From positions 14,115,316 through 14,179,315 of the forward strand of contig CM119270.1 of assembly GCA_051294375.1 (NCBI GenBank): a stretch of DNA of 64,000 nt, given 5' to 3'. The first letter of the stretch is position 1. Every line of letters starts with the position of its first letter. This document shows, piece after piece, positions 1-21,186 of this stretch. The DNA comes from Paraspadella gotoi (lineage: Eukaryota; Animalia; Chaetognatha). Below the pieces are notes generated by a model. It saw nothing but the letters and a program-made list of their open reading frames with translations, made no database searches and was not told the origin of the DNA. A program made the position numbers and the translations under genes.

Positions 1-571
1 ACGACGAAGTAGAAGTGGAGAGAGAGGGCGAGGAGGGGGAAGGAAGGGAGGAGAGGGAAGAGAGGTACAGAGGGGATGAAAGGGGTACGGAAGGATGAGT
101 CGAAATGAAAGGGATGAATCTCTGCAACTCGCATTCTCCCGTTAGACTTTTTGACGAATTTTCGAATCTTCTTCTCGACTTCAGCGATGAAAAAAAACCA
201 AATGGGATTTGGAGATTTTGGGGATTTGGAGATTTTTGGCTCGGAGAAAGATGCATTTTTTTTGAGCCATTTTGTACTTTGAAACATCTGTGGTAAAACA
301 AAATTATAAGCAGTGTAGTTCCTAAATATTCTCTAATTTGTAATGTTTATTCAATCAAAAATTGCCAGAATGCCGTTTTATATACTCTTGACTTGAGTAT
401 ACTTTCATATAAAAATAAAACAATTGATTTTAATTTATTATCAGAATCTATAAACTACAAACGCATAAACTTGATTTTTTTTATAAAAATTATATTAAAT
501 TAGCTTTATTTAATAAGCAGTCATAATCAAAGAATAACAATTTACAGAGTACAACTCAGATACTTTTTTTT

Positions 572-640
572 CCTAAGTCAGGGCAATATAGCTTATTTTT
601 TAAATGAATGGATAATTTCTATTTTGTTATGCCATTTCAA
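572..640 (+). repeat. Fragment of the same hAT-family internal repeat
   Basis: AAGTCAGGGCAATATAGCTTATTTTTAAATGAATGGATAATTT...CCATTTCA matches 60070-60138 and 57045-57120. Confidence 0.6.
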
Positions 641-1389
641 AACAAGCCACCCTTAGAATCCAACGTCGAAAATTGCAAAGTTAGTTATGTCCATCGTTTC
701 ACGCTGAGTTATTCATAAACATTCGCCCACATTTAATTCTTCACGTCTCCGATCTCCATTTCGTTCTTCACATCACAAACGAAACTCGGTCTTCGTCATT
801 GTTTCACAAGGTTCACGCTCGACTCGATCACCAAAGCGACCGACGAATCGTCCTTCTGCAGGGCAGTGTGAGGCATAACTCGATCTTTGCGTCGGGACTC
901 AAACCGTCGCGTTATCATCTTCTCTCAACCACCATCTGAGGATTCTCTTTTTGCTGGAGTCTTCGGGGGAGATGTTTAAGCTATATCATTTTAAAACATT
1001 TTACTTTATTAGATAAAAATTATAACCTGACTAAACTCAGCAATCTCCTCCTACCTTTCCATCGACAGGCAAATAGCCTTTCACAAAAAAGACCTCACAA
1101 TGAAATCACAAAATGTGCGATAAATATTATCATAATTCAATATCTATTGAAAATTTTTTAAATATGAAATAAGAAATAAGAAATATTCTTTATACGTTGA
1201 GTTTGTATTGAGCAAAACGGCAGAGGTCACTCTATTCAGAGAATATAAAACAAAATGACAATATATACGCCAATGATGGGTTTATTATTGCTAGTTGCAT
1301 ACATTTTTACAATGGATGAAATTAAGGAGGTATATAAGCAAGTACTGCTTAAAAACTGTTAAGAGTTTTAAAGAACCTCAAAGTATGTG

Positions 1390-1593
1390 GATAAGGCGCT
1401 AAGTGGGCAGAAGAGTGCGATCCGCAACTTCCCCAACCGCCTCTAGCAGCCATGGAAAACGGTTGGGAGTTTTCCAGGCCCCAAGGCGGTTTACGACCGT
1501 GCTCGCGCTTCCCGCAGGGTAGGTACCAGTGGGCATCGATCCCGGTACCTAATGGTCATGAGCTGAGGGGATTACTAAATGAGCCACAGGATC
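1390..1593 (-). mobile_element. tRNA-derived SINE-like element (3' boundary approximate)
   Basis: The minus strand begins GATCCTGTGGCTCATTTAG...TCAGCTCATGACCA...GGGATCGATGCCC...TACCTACCCTGCGGGAAG. It has A/B-box-like motifs and is collinear with the tRNA-like part of the LTR (59616-59695 joined to 60433-60440). Confidence 0.5.
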
Positions 1594-2845
1594 AATATAA
1601 AAAAAAGAAGAAATAATTATATATAAAGCAATAAAATCAATCAATCAAATAATTTAAACGTTTTTCTAGATTGTTATTTAGATTTTACCTTTGGAAACGG
1701 ATAAATCTTTTCTTCCGTAGAATCGAAATGCATAAATAATTTAGGTGAATGAATAGAAGCGATCGTCGCCGGAGAATTTAAGGAAAAAAATATTAGGAAA
1801 TCAGAGAATGATATTGCTTGACAGATGCTTCGCCCCAGTAATTGGTTTTACTTGAATTGTTAATTTACAATTTTTTTTCTTATCGGTTGTAAAACAAATA
1901 GTAAAACCATCTCTAAAGGTCATATGGTTTTTGTACAAAAGATTAAAATAAAAAAGGTTAAAGCGGTGCTTGGTGACCTTTCATGCAGCATATCAACAGC
2001 AACGTTTGTTTCTATTTCAATTAGGCAAGAAGGCTTTTCTTTTGAATTTTATAAACTGTCGGACAAAAAATATAAACAAAGAAACATCGTAAGAAGAAGA
2101 CCACGGGTTTTTTTTTCAATGGCAGCGACTTTTGCCAACTTACTGGGTCTCGTGGGACTCATAATAATGGGTAAGTTATATAAATGATTTAAATAAATAA
2201 AGGTCGAACACTGCACATCTACCGGAAATACAAGGATTAATCGTTTTGGCTCTGTAATTGACTTACGATTAAATGTAAATAATAGATACGCCATGATTCA
2301 GTAGGAAATACGAGTACCACCTACTAAAACTGTCGGGAAAGAAATACGGGCAGTATCAAATTTGCTTTAACATAATCCAAACGAGTGGAAAGGCGCGACC
2401 AGAAAAGGCACGCTTCGACCTGCCCAGAAGTTATATCATTATAAAGATAGGCGAAATGTTATTATAAATATATTATATAATTATATAATATATACGTATC
2501 GGTTGGACTTTAGAAGGCAAAGTTTGTTTTTAGAATTTAGAATTTAGTTCTCTAGGAATAAAACTTGTTGAAAAAATAACACGTTTATTTATTTATTTTA
2601 TTTATTTATGATATTTATTTATTTAAAAAAATATCATTTGAATAATTAATATCGAGCACATAGTATAGTTACTCGTTGTTATAGCTAAACTCGAAACGTG
2701 CTTAATTCGCGCTCGGACGCGCTTCGTTCTCGCGAAGACTCAAGACAAGCTCCAAAGGTAAACAGAGTCTACAAATTCTTTGTAGATTTGACCCATACCC
2801 CTCTTGATTCTTGTATTCGACGGCGCAAGATTTCGTTTTTCAAAA

Positions 2846-4093
2846 ATGAAGTGGCGATTTTCCGCTCTGATCTTCTGGATCAGGTGAGACCATTTTCCGA
2901 GTGAAAAAACGATGTAAAAAAATAACTCTATTATTATTTTATACTCGATTAAATTCGAAACTTTTTTTTTCCTTTTCAGCGTCATTTGTGAATCCAACTC
3001 AGTCGTAGAGGACACAGGTGAGAAAATGGGACGTAGGTTACAGAGCTGATTGACGAAAGGGGCCAAGTCTTTTTTTTACAGTATTTAAAATGACGTGTTT
3101 TACATTAAATTCAACCCAAATCTGATAAATAGATCTCCCTTTGTTTAACAGAAATACTGGATAAGTTACGGCAGTTGGAATCAGTAGTGAAGTCGTCATT
3201 GACTCGCCATGAGATGACGGAAAACGATTTAAGAACCGAACAAAACGCCATGAGGCAAAATCTTGACGGTGAGAAATAGCGAGGGGAAACTCTTATCATG
3301 AGCACCAAATTTGTCAAAATCGTAATTATCAAATAAACTTTCTCAATTTGCGAATCAGTTCACGGAGCCCGACAACGCGCAGCGCCAAGCCTCGACTGGG
3401 TCTTGGAGATGACGACCATGTTGAACCAGTGGCAACGAAAGATCTCGGCGATTGCAAAGATGGAAGGGAAAGTGGAAGAGGCTATGGCCAAGAGCGGAGA
3501 ACTCGAAAAGAAGCTCACCACCATTGACGCCATCTCCAAAGACGTGCAGGCTGTGAAGCAGAGCGTCAGCGACATCAGCGGTCAAGTATCCGGACTCGGC
3601 GACGTCGGCAACAAAATCAACATGCTCACCCAGAGGGTCGAGGTCGTCGAAGGAAAGAAACGTGAGTTTGAAGGCGGGCGAGAGACTTGGGATGTGGGGA
3701 AGCAAGCTTTTGGATTAGGAAATCATATAAAGAATAAGAAATGAATTGTTTAACTATTATTTTTTTTATTCCCTTCTTCCAGCGCCACCTTCGCCGTCGT
3801 TGCGCTGCGAGTCTGGCGTCGTCAACAGCGGCCGCTTGAAGAAGAATCACAACACAACTCAGCAGGTGACCTTCGGCACGAAGTTCCGCGACACGCCGCA
3901 CGTGATGGTGGGGACGTCGATGGCCGGATCCTGGGATCCCGACCAGAACCCCACCGTCCCGACCCACCCGATCGACTTCTTCGTCCGCAAGAAGAACATC
4001 GCCGAGGCCGGCTTCACCATGATCTTCTTGAGCAGCACCAACGGGCAGGACAACGCCTACATCTTTGGCTCCTGGATGGCCTGCGGATACTAA
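2846..4093 (+). CDS. Secreted coiled-coil + C-terminal H-type lectin-like domain protein (about 268 aa, 5 coding exons)
   Basis: GT-AG exons 2846-2883, 2980-3017, 3152-3268, 3359-3661 and 3783-4093 join in frame (807 nt). The N-terminus MKWRFSALIFWISVICESNS is signal-peptide-like, and the middle is heptad-rich (ILDKLRQLESVVKSSL...INMLTQRVEVVE). The last exon reads CESG...VTFGTKFRDTPHVMVG...NIAEAGFTM...SWMACG, the pattern of H-type lectin domains (recognised by eye). Confidence 0.8.
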
Positions 4094-4954
4094 CGTCAGC
4101 CGGCCGCGACTTAGCGGCATGGGGGGAAAGGATAATGGGTCAAAAATACGGGGGCAGCGATTGGGTTGGGGTCTGGGCTGGGGGTTGGGGCTGCGGGAGC
4201 AACTCAGGGAAGGAGAATGACACAGGAGGCGGAGGGGAGTTAAAGGGAAGCGGCTTTTAACCCCAACAATTCGTTTGATTTGCACGAGAAGTCGAAAGGG
4301 CAAACTTGAGTTTGTTCCGTTAGTTTGAACCGAATAAGGACTATCGAGAGAGTTTTTACTGTAGATATTCACATAGCATGCATCGTTCTTAGATTATTAG
4401 TTGATGGTTTTCACCGTATTAAAATTTAATAACGGTTTTGACCTCTCTTTTCTTTATAGGCTCAGCTAGAGCGAGAGTAGGGAGTAGGAAATTAGGGGGC
4501 GATTAAAGGGTGATTTTCAGCGATAGAGGTTTACGATTTTGCCAATATTAGGGATGTTATGATTATTTTTGCACTTTTATAATATGTAACTAGAATTGAA
4601 TACGCTAAGTCGGTTATTTACAGAGATTTTCTAGCCGGTGTTTTTATGAGTTTCAAAACAACGTCGGAATTGGCTGCGATAACATCCTAAAACGATCTTA
4701 GCATCGGAAATATTTTATTATTTTTTTAAAGGATAAAAAAAAAAAAATAAAAACAAAAACAAAAAAACAAAAGAGGGACTTATAGTAAAATGATTTAAAA
4801 TTTTAATTTTTATTTTAAAATAAGTTTTTTTATTATTTTCGAATAAATTTGTTGTCAGTTAATTACGAATCACCTTTCGGGTTCTCTTCACCATTTACTG
4901 TCAGGCTCTCCTTTCGCCGCAACCGCCCCATCCTGGCTTTTCGGGGGCGAGTGG

Positions 4955-6065
<1,111 letters not shown>

Positions 6066-6269
6066 AAATATCTACAGAAAAAAACCTCTATAAATAGAGG
6101 TTTTTTAAAAATCCACAATTTAGTAAATTTAAAATTTGGCTAACTGTCGGGACATGACCGTAATAGAAGAATAATAGTTAGAATAAATTATTTCTGAAAT
6201 ATATTTAAAGTAGCGATAGACATGCGATAGACAGTTAAGATGATTGCTATTGACAGCTAATATTTTAGA

Positions 6270-6365
<96 letters not shown>

Positions 6366-8070
6366 TTCGTTGGATACCCCTCTTGTCGACCAAGGCAGAT
6401 CTTCCAGGTAGCGTAACAAAAAAATCAGCGACTTAGATTTTAAAGTAAAAAAATTCTTTTCCCGACGCCTCAGCCTTAGCTTTTGAGTTTTTCCCACAAT
6501 TGAATGTTGCGAATAAAGTCATTCCTTTCATGAACAAGCAAGTTTTTTTTATTTAGAAATACAGTCATCCAGGTATACACTGAATCATTTTCAATATAGC
6601 ACCTTTTTACCGTCAATTCTAAATCAATTCTAAATTTATTGCGAAGTTTGTCATTCGATTCTCGAACCAGGTTTAAAGATTAAAGTTTAACCCTCAACTT
6701 GATTCGTTCGCTTTTTATATAAATTGCTTCTCTCGCTACAATCCCTCCGATCGCTCTAATCTTTTTTCACTTTATTCATTTTGATCGCTTCAATCCCATT
6801 GCTGATCGCTGCATTCATTTCAATCCATTTGATCGCTTCTATTCCTTTTTTTATTGCCAGAATAATAGTAACTACTTTACAAAATTGACCTTTTAAATAA
6901 AGTCAATTACTTTCTCCAGTGATTTAATCATAATGTAACATTTATTGTAAATACCATTGAACAATCGACAACGTTGTTCGCTCTAATCTTTTTTTTAATC
7001 GCTGTGATCCCTCGCTCCGATCGCTCCGATCGCTCCGCTTTTCTCTCGAAATAAAAGATCAATAGTTTAGGTCCAGACCCCGAAAACTAGAGGCGTGGAA
7101 GGGATTACGAAAAGTTCTAAAAATAGAATCTGGATTCGTGGAAAACGATTCTCCGCGATATTTATTATCCTAGTTTTTTTTTGTTTTTTTTTCTAAATCC
7201 ATTTATTCTCCGATGTTTATTCTGCTCTTGTTCTCTTTAAGAATTCGTCTTCTTGTTATTTTTTTATGACAAACTTTCTGGTTCAGTGGTCGGCGAATTT
7301 ATTTTTCTTTCCTAATATGTTTTCTGGATTTGTTGTCCTCAACGTTTTCTTAGTAAAACCGAAATCAAGGTAAAATATAGAAGTACAAGTCCCTCGATTG
7401 AAAGACAACGACGACAACAAAGACAACGATGTCGACGCCCACAAAGATCTCTCGATCTCCCGTTGCGCAATTCGTTCTTTGCAATTGCGTATCCGAATTG
7501 CCAAGCCCCTTATCATAAGCCTTACGCTTTTGTATTTTCTTTCCAACTTGAATCAGCGCCACCTGCGGTGAAGACTTTGAAAAATATAAAATACAATTCA
7601 AACTCGTTCTCTATTTTCGTTCTATTTTTAGAACTTTTACACATTTTGTCCACTCAGGATGAATCTCTTTCTCTCTGCCCTTTTTTTCGATTTCTCCGAG
7701 TGCAATTCAAGGGATTAACCTCTTGCGTTATAAACCTATTCCTACTGTTATAATAAACCTTTAGTTTAAAAAAAAAAAAGGAAATTATTAATTATTTAGG
7801 GCGAAGTAAGACCGTACATCCAATCACCATTTTCGTTTAAAAATGATAAAGTAACGTTGCCAACCAACGAAGCAATCAACAAAACAAATTACAATTTACC
7901 TCTTTAAAAAAACTATTAGAGATATGCATCAACGCATCAAAGAAAGGCTTTAAAAGGTTGTTCGGTGACCGCCCGATAATTGCATGATTCTACTTAAAAG
8001 AAAAAAAAAAGCTAATAGATTGCAGCGATCCGGTCCAGCTGATTCATACCTTGTAAATCAACTCTAACTC

Positions 8071-8169
<99 letters not shown>

Positions 8170-8763
8170 ACACACACCGCTCCCCGTTCTAGAATCGGGC
8201 ACGAGCTTGTATTTAAGTAAAGGAGCCGGTTTTGGAGGATCGCTTTTAAAAGCGCGGGCCGAGTCCCGAGTCCCGAGTCCCGAGATGCGAATCCTGGTTC
8301 TGGAAAGAAAAAAGATCGAACCTCAAAAAAAAACTCTTTGATTTTTTGTTTTTCTCTCTCTCTCTCTGTCTCTCTCTCTCAATCTCTCGATCGAAGCGCG
8401 TCGCGAAAATTCGAAAGGATCCTGTTGTCCTTGGAAGATCACGACTATTTTGGCAGAAACGTTTGATCGCCGAGAGAGCGAGAGGCTTTCTTTAAAAAAA
8501 CTATTTCGTTTTTCTTTTGACTTTTCCGTTTTGTTTCGTTTCGTATTGTTTTCTTTTTTGTTCTAAGATTAAGAAAACGTAAGGTTTTTATTTCTTCAAG
8601 TGTGACTATTATTATAGCCGCGATTTATGTTTTTTTTTCTATTAGCTTACTATCTAAAATCTAAAAACTGTTTAATTTACAACTTTTTATAATCAACAAA
8701 AACATGGGCATTGTCTTTCCATAAAACCGTTTCTAAATCTACATCCGCTAAAAAAATTACAAA

Positions 8764-17091
<8,328 letters not shown>

Positions 17092-17836
17092 ACTGGAAAT
17101 CTAATCGAGAATGAAATAGCTGACGCAATCGAGAAAGGCATTCACTAAAACATCGGCTGATGCAGCGGAAATTGGTACTAGAGGCCTAATACACCCAAAT
17201 TTCTTTCGACGTTTAATTTCAAGAGTATCAATGGTCAATGATTATCGATGTGCTAGTTATAAAAAATTAAAACTTACGCGTCTTTTTGCAGCATAAATTT
17301 GTCTTCAACGTTTGCTCTTTTTTCCCCATTTACTATTATTTTGACAAAAAATAATGCTCACACGTGTTTTTTTCAAAAAAATGTTTAAATATTAGATAAT
17401 GTGATATTTTATTAATTTTTTGTGTCTTTTTCATCATTACATTTTTTATAAAATAAAATTTTTTTAGTTAATTCGTAGTAAAAATACCAAACCAGAGCTC
17501 GTAGAAAATGTTATTTATTAGCAAAAATTCAAAATGCCCCCCCCCCAAAAAAAAAGTTCAAACTCAAATTACGATTTTTCGGCTTACATTAAAAAAAAAA
17601 AAATTTTAATACATCTATAAAACTGCAATTGATTTCATTCAGCTTTAAAGACAATATTATCTGTTCGTAACGAGATCAAGAAAGACACAAACAAAGACAT
17701 TAGACATTAAACATGGAGACAATTTATCATCTTATCATTATTGATGCTTTCTAAACGCAACCTTTCGATTATGAGAATAAAATTCGAGTGAGAAATTTTC
17801 GCAGATTCATTCCATCCGATTTTCGCGCAATCAACT

Positions 17837-18746
17837 TCACCGCAGCGGCTCGTCCGCCGTCGCCCATAAACCCTCCTCAGTTTGGCGGAATACGTCGTCG
17901 TATTCTGGCAACTGATCTTCCTCTGATTCCTCATCCTCTTCATCATCCTCATCATCCTTAGCCTCCCTCATTTCCTCTCCATCCACCATCCCGCGAGACA
18001 TCCTTCTTCCAACCTCTTCCTCCAGCCACCCTGGAGGATCCTTTCCGACTCCATCGTCGTGATTCTCCGATCCGAATTGCCCGATCGCGTCTTCAAAAGT
18101 CTCCGCCAGCCAGGGGCTGCGCCCGGTTGCTTCCTCCACGCCATCCATCGTGAGGGCGTCGTCGTAGGCGGGCGGAAGATCCTCGAAGTGGCACGGCGGC
18201 GGCGGTTGAGGCATGGTGGGAAGGATGACATCGGGCAGGGTGGCGGAGAGGGGAATAACAAGTGGGCGGATTGGCGCAGGATGCGCGTCTGTGTTTGCCG
18301 AGACTGAGTTGGGGGCTCTACCGTCGACACCTGCAGCTTCGGCGTCCCAAGATTCGAGCAGCCGTCGCTGGCGGAGTCGTGCGTTGTAGCCTCTTGTACG
18401 AGCGCGGGTCTTAAAGTATTGAGATCTGCGGAAAGGTCAATACAGTTTATATAAAAGTGAAAAAAAACATCTAGAGAAAGATAGCTACTAAAGTGAGTCC
18501 AGGTAATTGACTAATGACTAATGACCCAAAGATGACCCTTTACGATCTTCACCTTTCGAAACATTTCGTGCGAAGGAGGAAGAAGATCAACAACGTCTTC
18601 AGCGCCAACGCGACGAAGATGAAGATGAGCTTCAAGTCGAGGTCCAGTTCCTCGTCGTCGTCGTTGTTGTTATTGTTGTTATTTATCGAATTTGTTTCGC
18701 TGTAGCTGAGAAAGTCGTTTTCATAGGAAGAGTTGACGAAATTCAT
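17837..18746 (-). CDS. Single-pass membrane protein with cytoplasmic PY motifs (PPAY, LPEY), about 260 aa; putative Nedd4-family/WW-domain adaptor
   Basis: Exons 18746-18553 and 18425-17837 join through a GT-AG phase-2 intron (783 nt). The protein has a short Asn/acidic N-terminus, a hydrophobic segment LIFIFVALALKTLLIFFLL followed by a basic stretch, then PQPPPPCHFEDLPPAYDDAL and QLPEYDDV. A further upstream exon near 19018-19150 is possible. Confidence 0.7.
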
Positions 18747-18754
18747 TTTTTACT

Positions 18755-18855
<101 letters not shown>

Positions 18856-19376
18856 GAGAGAGAAGCGTTTGGTTGCAAAGTGAGATAAAGATAGGATATT
18901 AGTTATTGCATCAGTTCCGATTTCATTCAGATTTTTTAAATCACAAATTCGAAATATCGATTTTGTGAGATCTGACAGGGATGATTTTAAAAGTCACTGG
19001 ATGTATTTTTGCTTTACCAGTTCACAAAAGTTTGTTGTTGTCACAGTGAAAAGCCAAAATGACGAGGAAGATCACGATCGCAAATATCAAACGCGTTTTA
19101 AAAGTCAAAAGTTAAGTTATTATTGTTTTGACATTCTCCCATCCCATCGTCGTTGTTGCTGTTTATAATTTTATTAAAAAATTATATATAAATTAGAGTA
19201 TTTTTGCCTCTAGGTAATCCGACGCGTGTTAATTAACATCGTTTAGTTGTTGTTGTTGTTTTTGCGTTAATATTTATTTCGTAGTTTTGTTTCGAGCGAA
19301 AAATGTAGTTCGTGGTCGGGATGAACCAACAAAAACGACTCGATCAGAGCTCTTTTTAAAAAAAAAAAAAACGAGA

Positions 19377-19425
<49 letters not shown>

Positions 19426-21108
19426 AGAGAGAGAGAGAGAAGCGAGAGAAGAGAGAGAGAGAGAATACAGATTCTTGACTGTCTGGAAAATGAATCTGGA
19501 CGGCGGCTGGGGTTGACGGTGTGAGGATGGACGAGTGGGGAATGATCTAGTGGGCGAGCGGGTGAGTGGGCGTGTGGCCCAGTGACTGAGTGATTGAATG
19601 GGTGAGTGGGCGTCCTCGTTATATTGTTCTATAATGATCTTAAATGGTGTTAAATGTTAATGCTAGATGCATTTTATTGCTTTATGCTTATAAAAAGTCG
19701 AGTGGTAAGCTAAACTTAGTTTTCTGGGTTTCCTAGAAAATAATGTTGCCGTATTCTAAAATCGACTCACGATTTATACTCGTTCTTTCTGAAGGCCGAA
19801 AAGTCTGAAGACAGTCAAACAAGGATATTTTTTTATTTTTCATTTATGTTATTAATATTTATTATTTTCTTACAGTAAAGAGACAAAGTTTGTTCAGAAT
19901 TTTGAATTAGTCTCTGCGGATACTGTAAGTAGGTCGCCGTGAACGATAGGATTATAAGCTGGCCTCACAGAATATAATAGTTGTGAGTGAGAATTCGTGG
20001 CTCCGGTGAACCCAGCTTTATCGTTGGCCTCCGTCCAAAGGTACGAACGAGCCTTAATTGTTAACCACACTACGAGTGAATCCCAACCTAGACAACTGAG
20101 ATCATTTTTTTTTAACTATCATAAATGTTGAAGCCATTTATGCATATGCGATGGACGAAACATGCTGTAGCATTTGCAGCATCAGCAACGGCAGATCGCA
20201 TCCAAAGCTTAACCACGCTTCCGCCGCGTTATTGGCAGCGAGTCCGAAGCTCCCGACTACAACGCATAATCTTTTCCAATCTTTGGTTTTTTAAAATTTT
20301 TTATTCTTATAAATTATTCCTCTTCTCTTTCTACTTACTTGGCCTTTTCACCTCCTCATCATCCTCCTCCTTTTTCTCCTCTCTTTCCATCTCCTCTTCC
20401 TAATCCTTTTTCTTCTTTTTTTCAAGATTTTATAAAATATTTTCTTGGCACGGTTTTAGGATCTTTAATGGTTTTTTTTCACTTCTCAATTTGTACTTCG
20501 AAATTAAGTCTCGATTTAAAAAAAAAAAGAGGAAAATAAGGAAATAGACTCATTCGAGATCGCGCGCAGTGATGAGTAAAACACCCTCAATAAACCAGTG
20601 AGTATATATAATTAAAAGACATCCAACAAAGATTAAACAGACGATTTGATTCACTGAGAGAAACTAAATGGAAAAGAAAAAAAAAAAGAAAAAAGATCGG
20701 AGAAACAAAGAGAGGAAGGAGAAAAAAATTTAATATAAATCAATTAAGAGAGAAAAGAAAGAAAGAAAGAAAGAAAAAAGGCAAGAAAAAATAAAGAAAA
20801 AAGAAAGAAATGAAGAAAGAAACAAAGAGGGAGAGAGATCGAAAGAAACAAAGAGGCAGAAAGAAGGAAAGAAAGAAATAAAGAAAGAAGAAAAAAGAGT
20901 CAGAAAGAAAGAAAGAAATAAAGAAGGAAAAAGAGACAGAAAGAACGAAAGCGAAAAATCCACGAGTGCTCCGCTTAGATTGACAGGATAAAGACTCCAG
21001 CGACGAGAAAAGAAAAAGGATTCGTCGGAGACAGAATTTGCGGAATTAAGACAAAGAATTAAGAGAAAAGGAAAAAGTCTTTTGATCCGTTCCCAGCGGA
21101 GAATCAAA

Positions 21109-21186
<78 letters not shown>

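Noticed and set aside
720-1110. GC-richer exon-like island
   Set aside because: Only short frames on either strand; no gene model can be supported.
4120-4250. G-quadruplex or 3'-UTR intron downstream of the lectin gene
   Set aside because: G-runs are common throughout this window and the putative donor is weak.
7283-7601. Minus-strand exon-like segment with an acceptor near 7563
   Set aside because: No consistent upstream exon or recognisable product.
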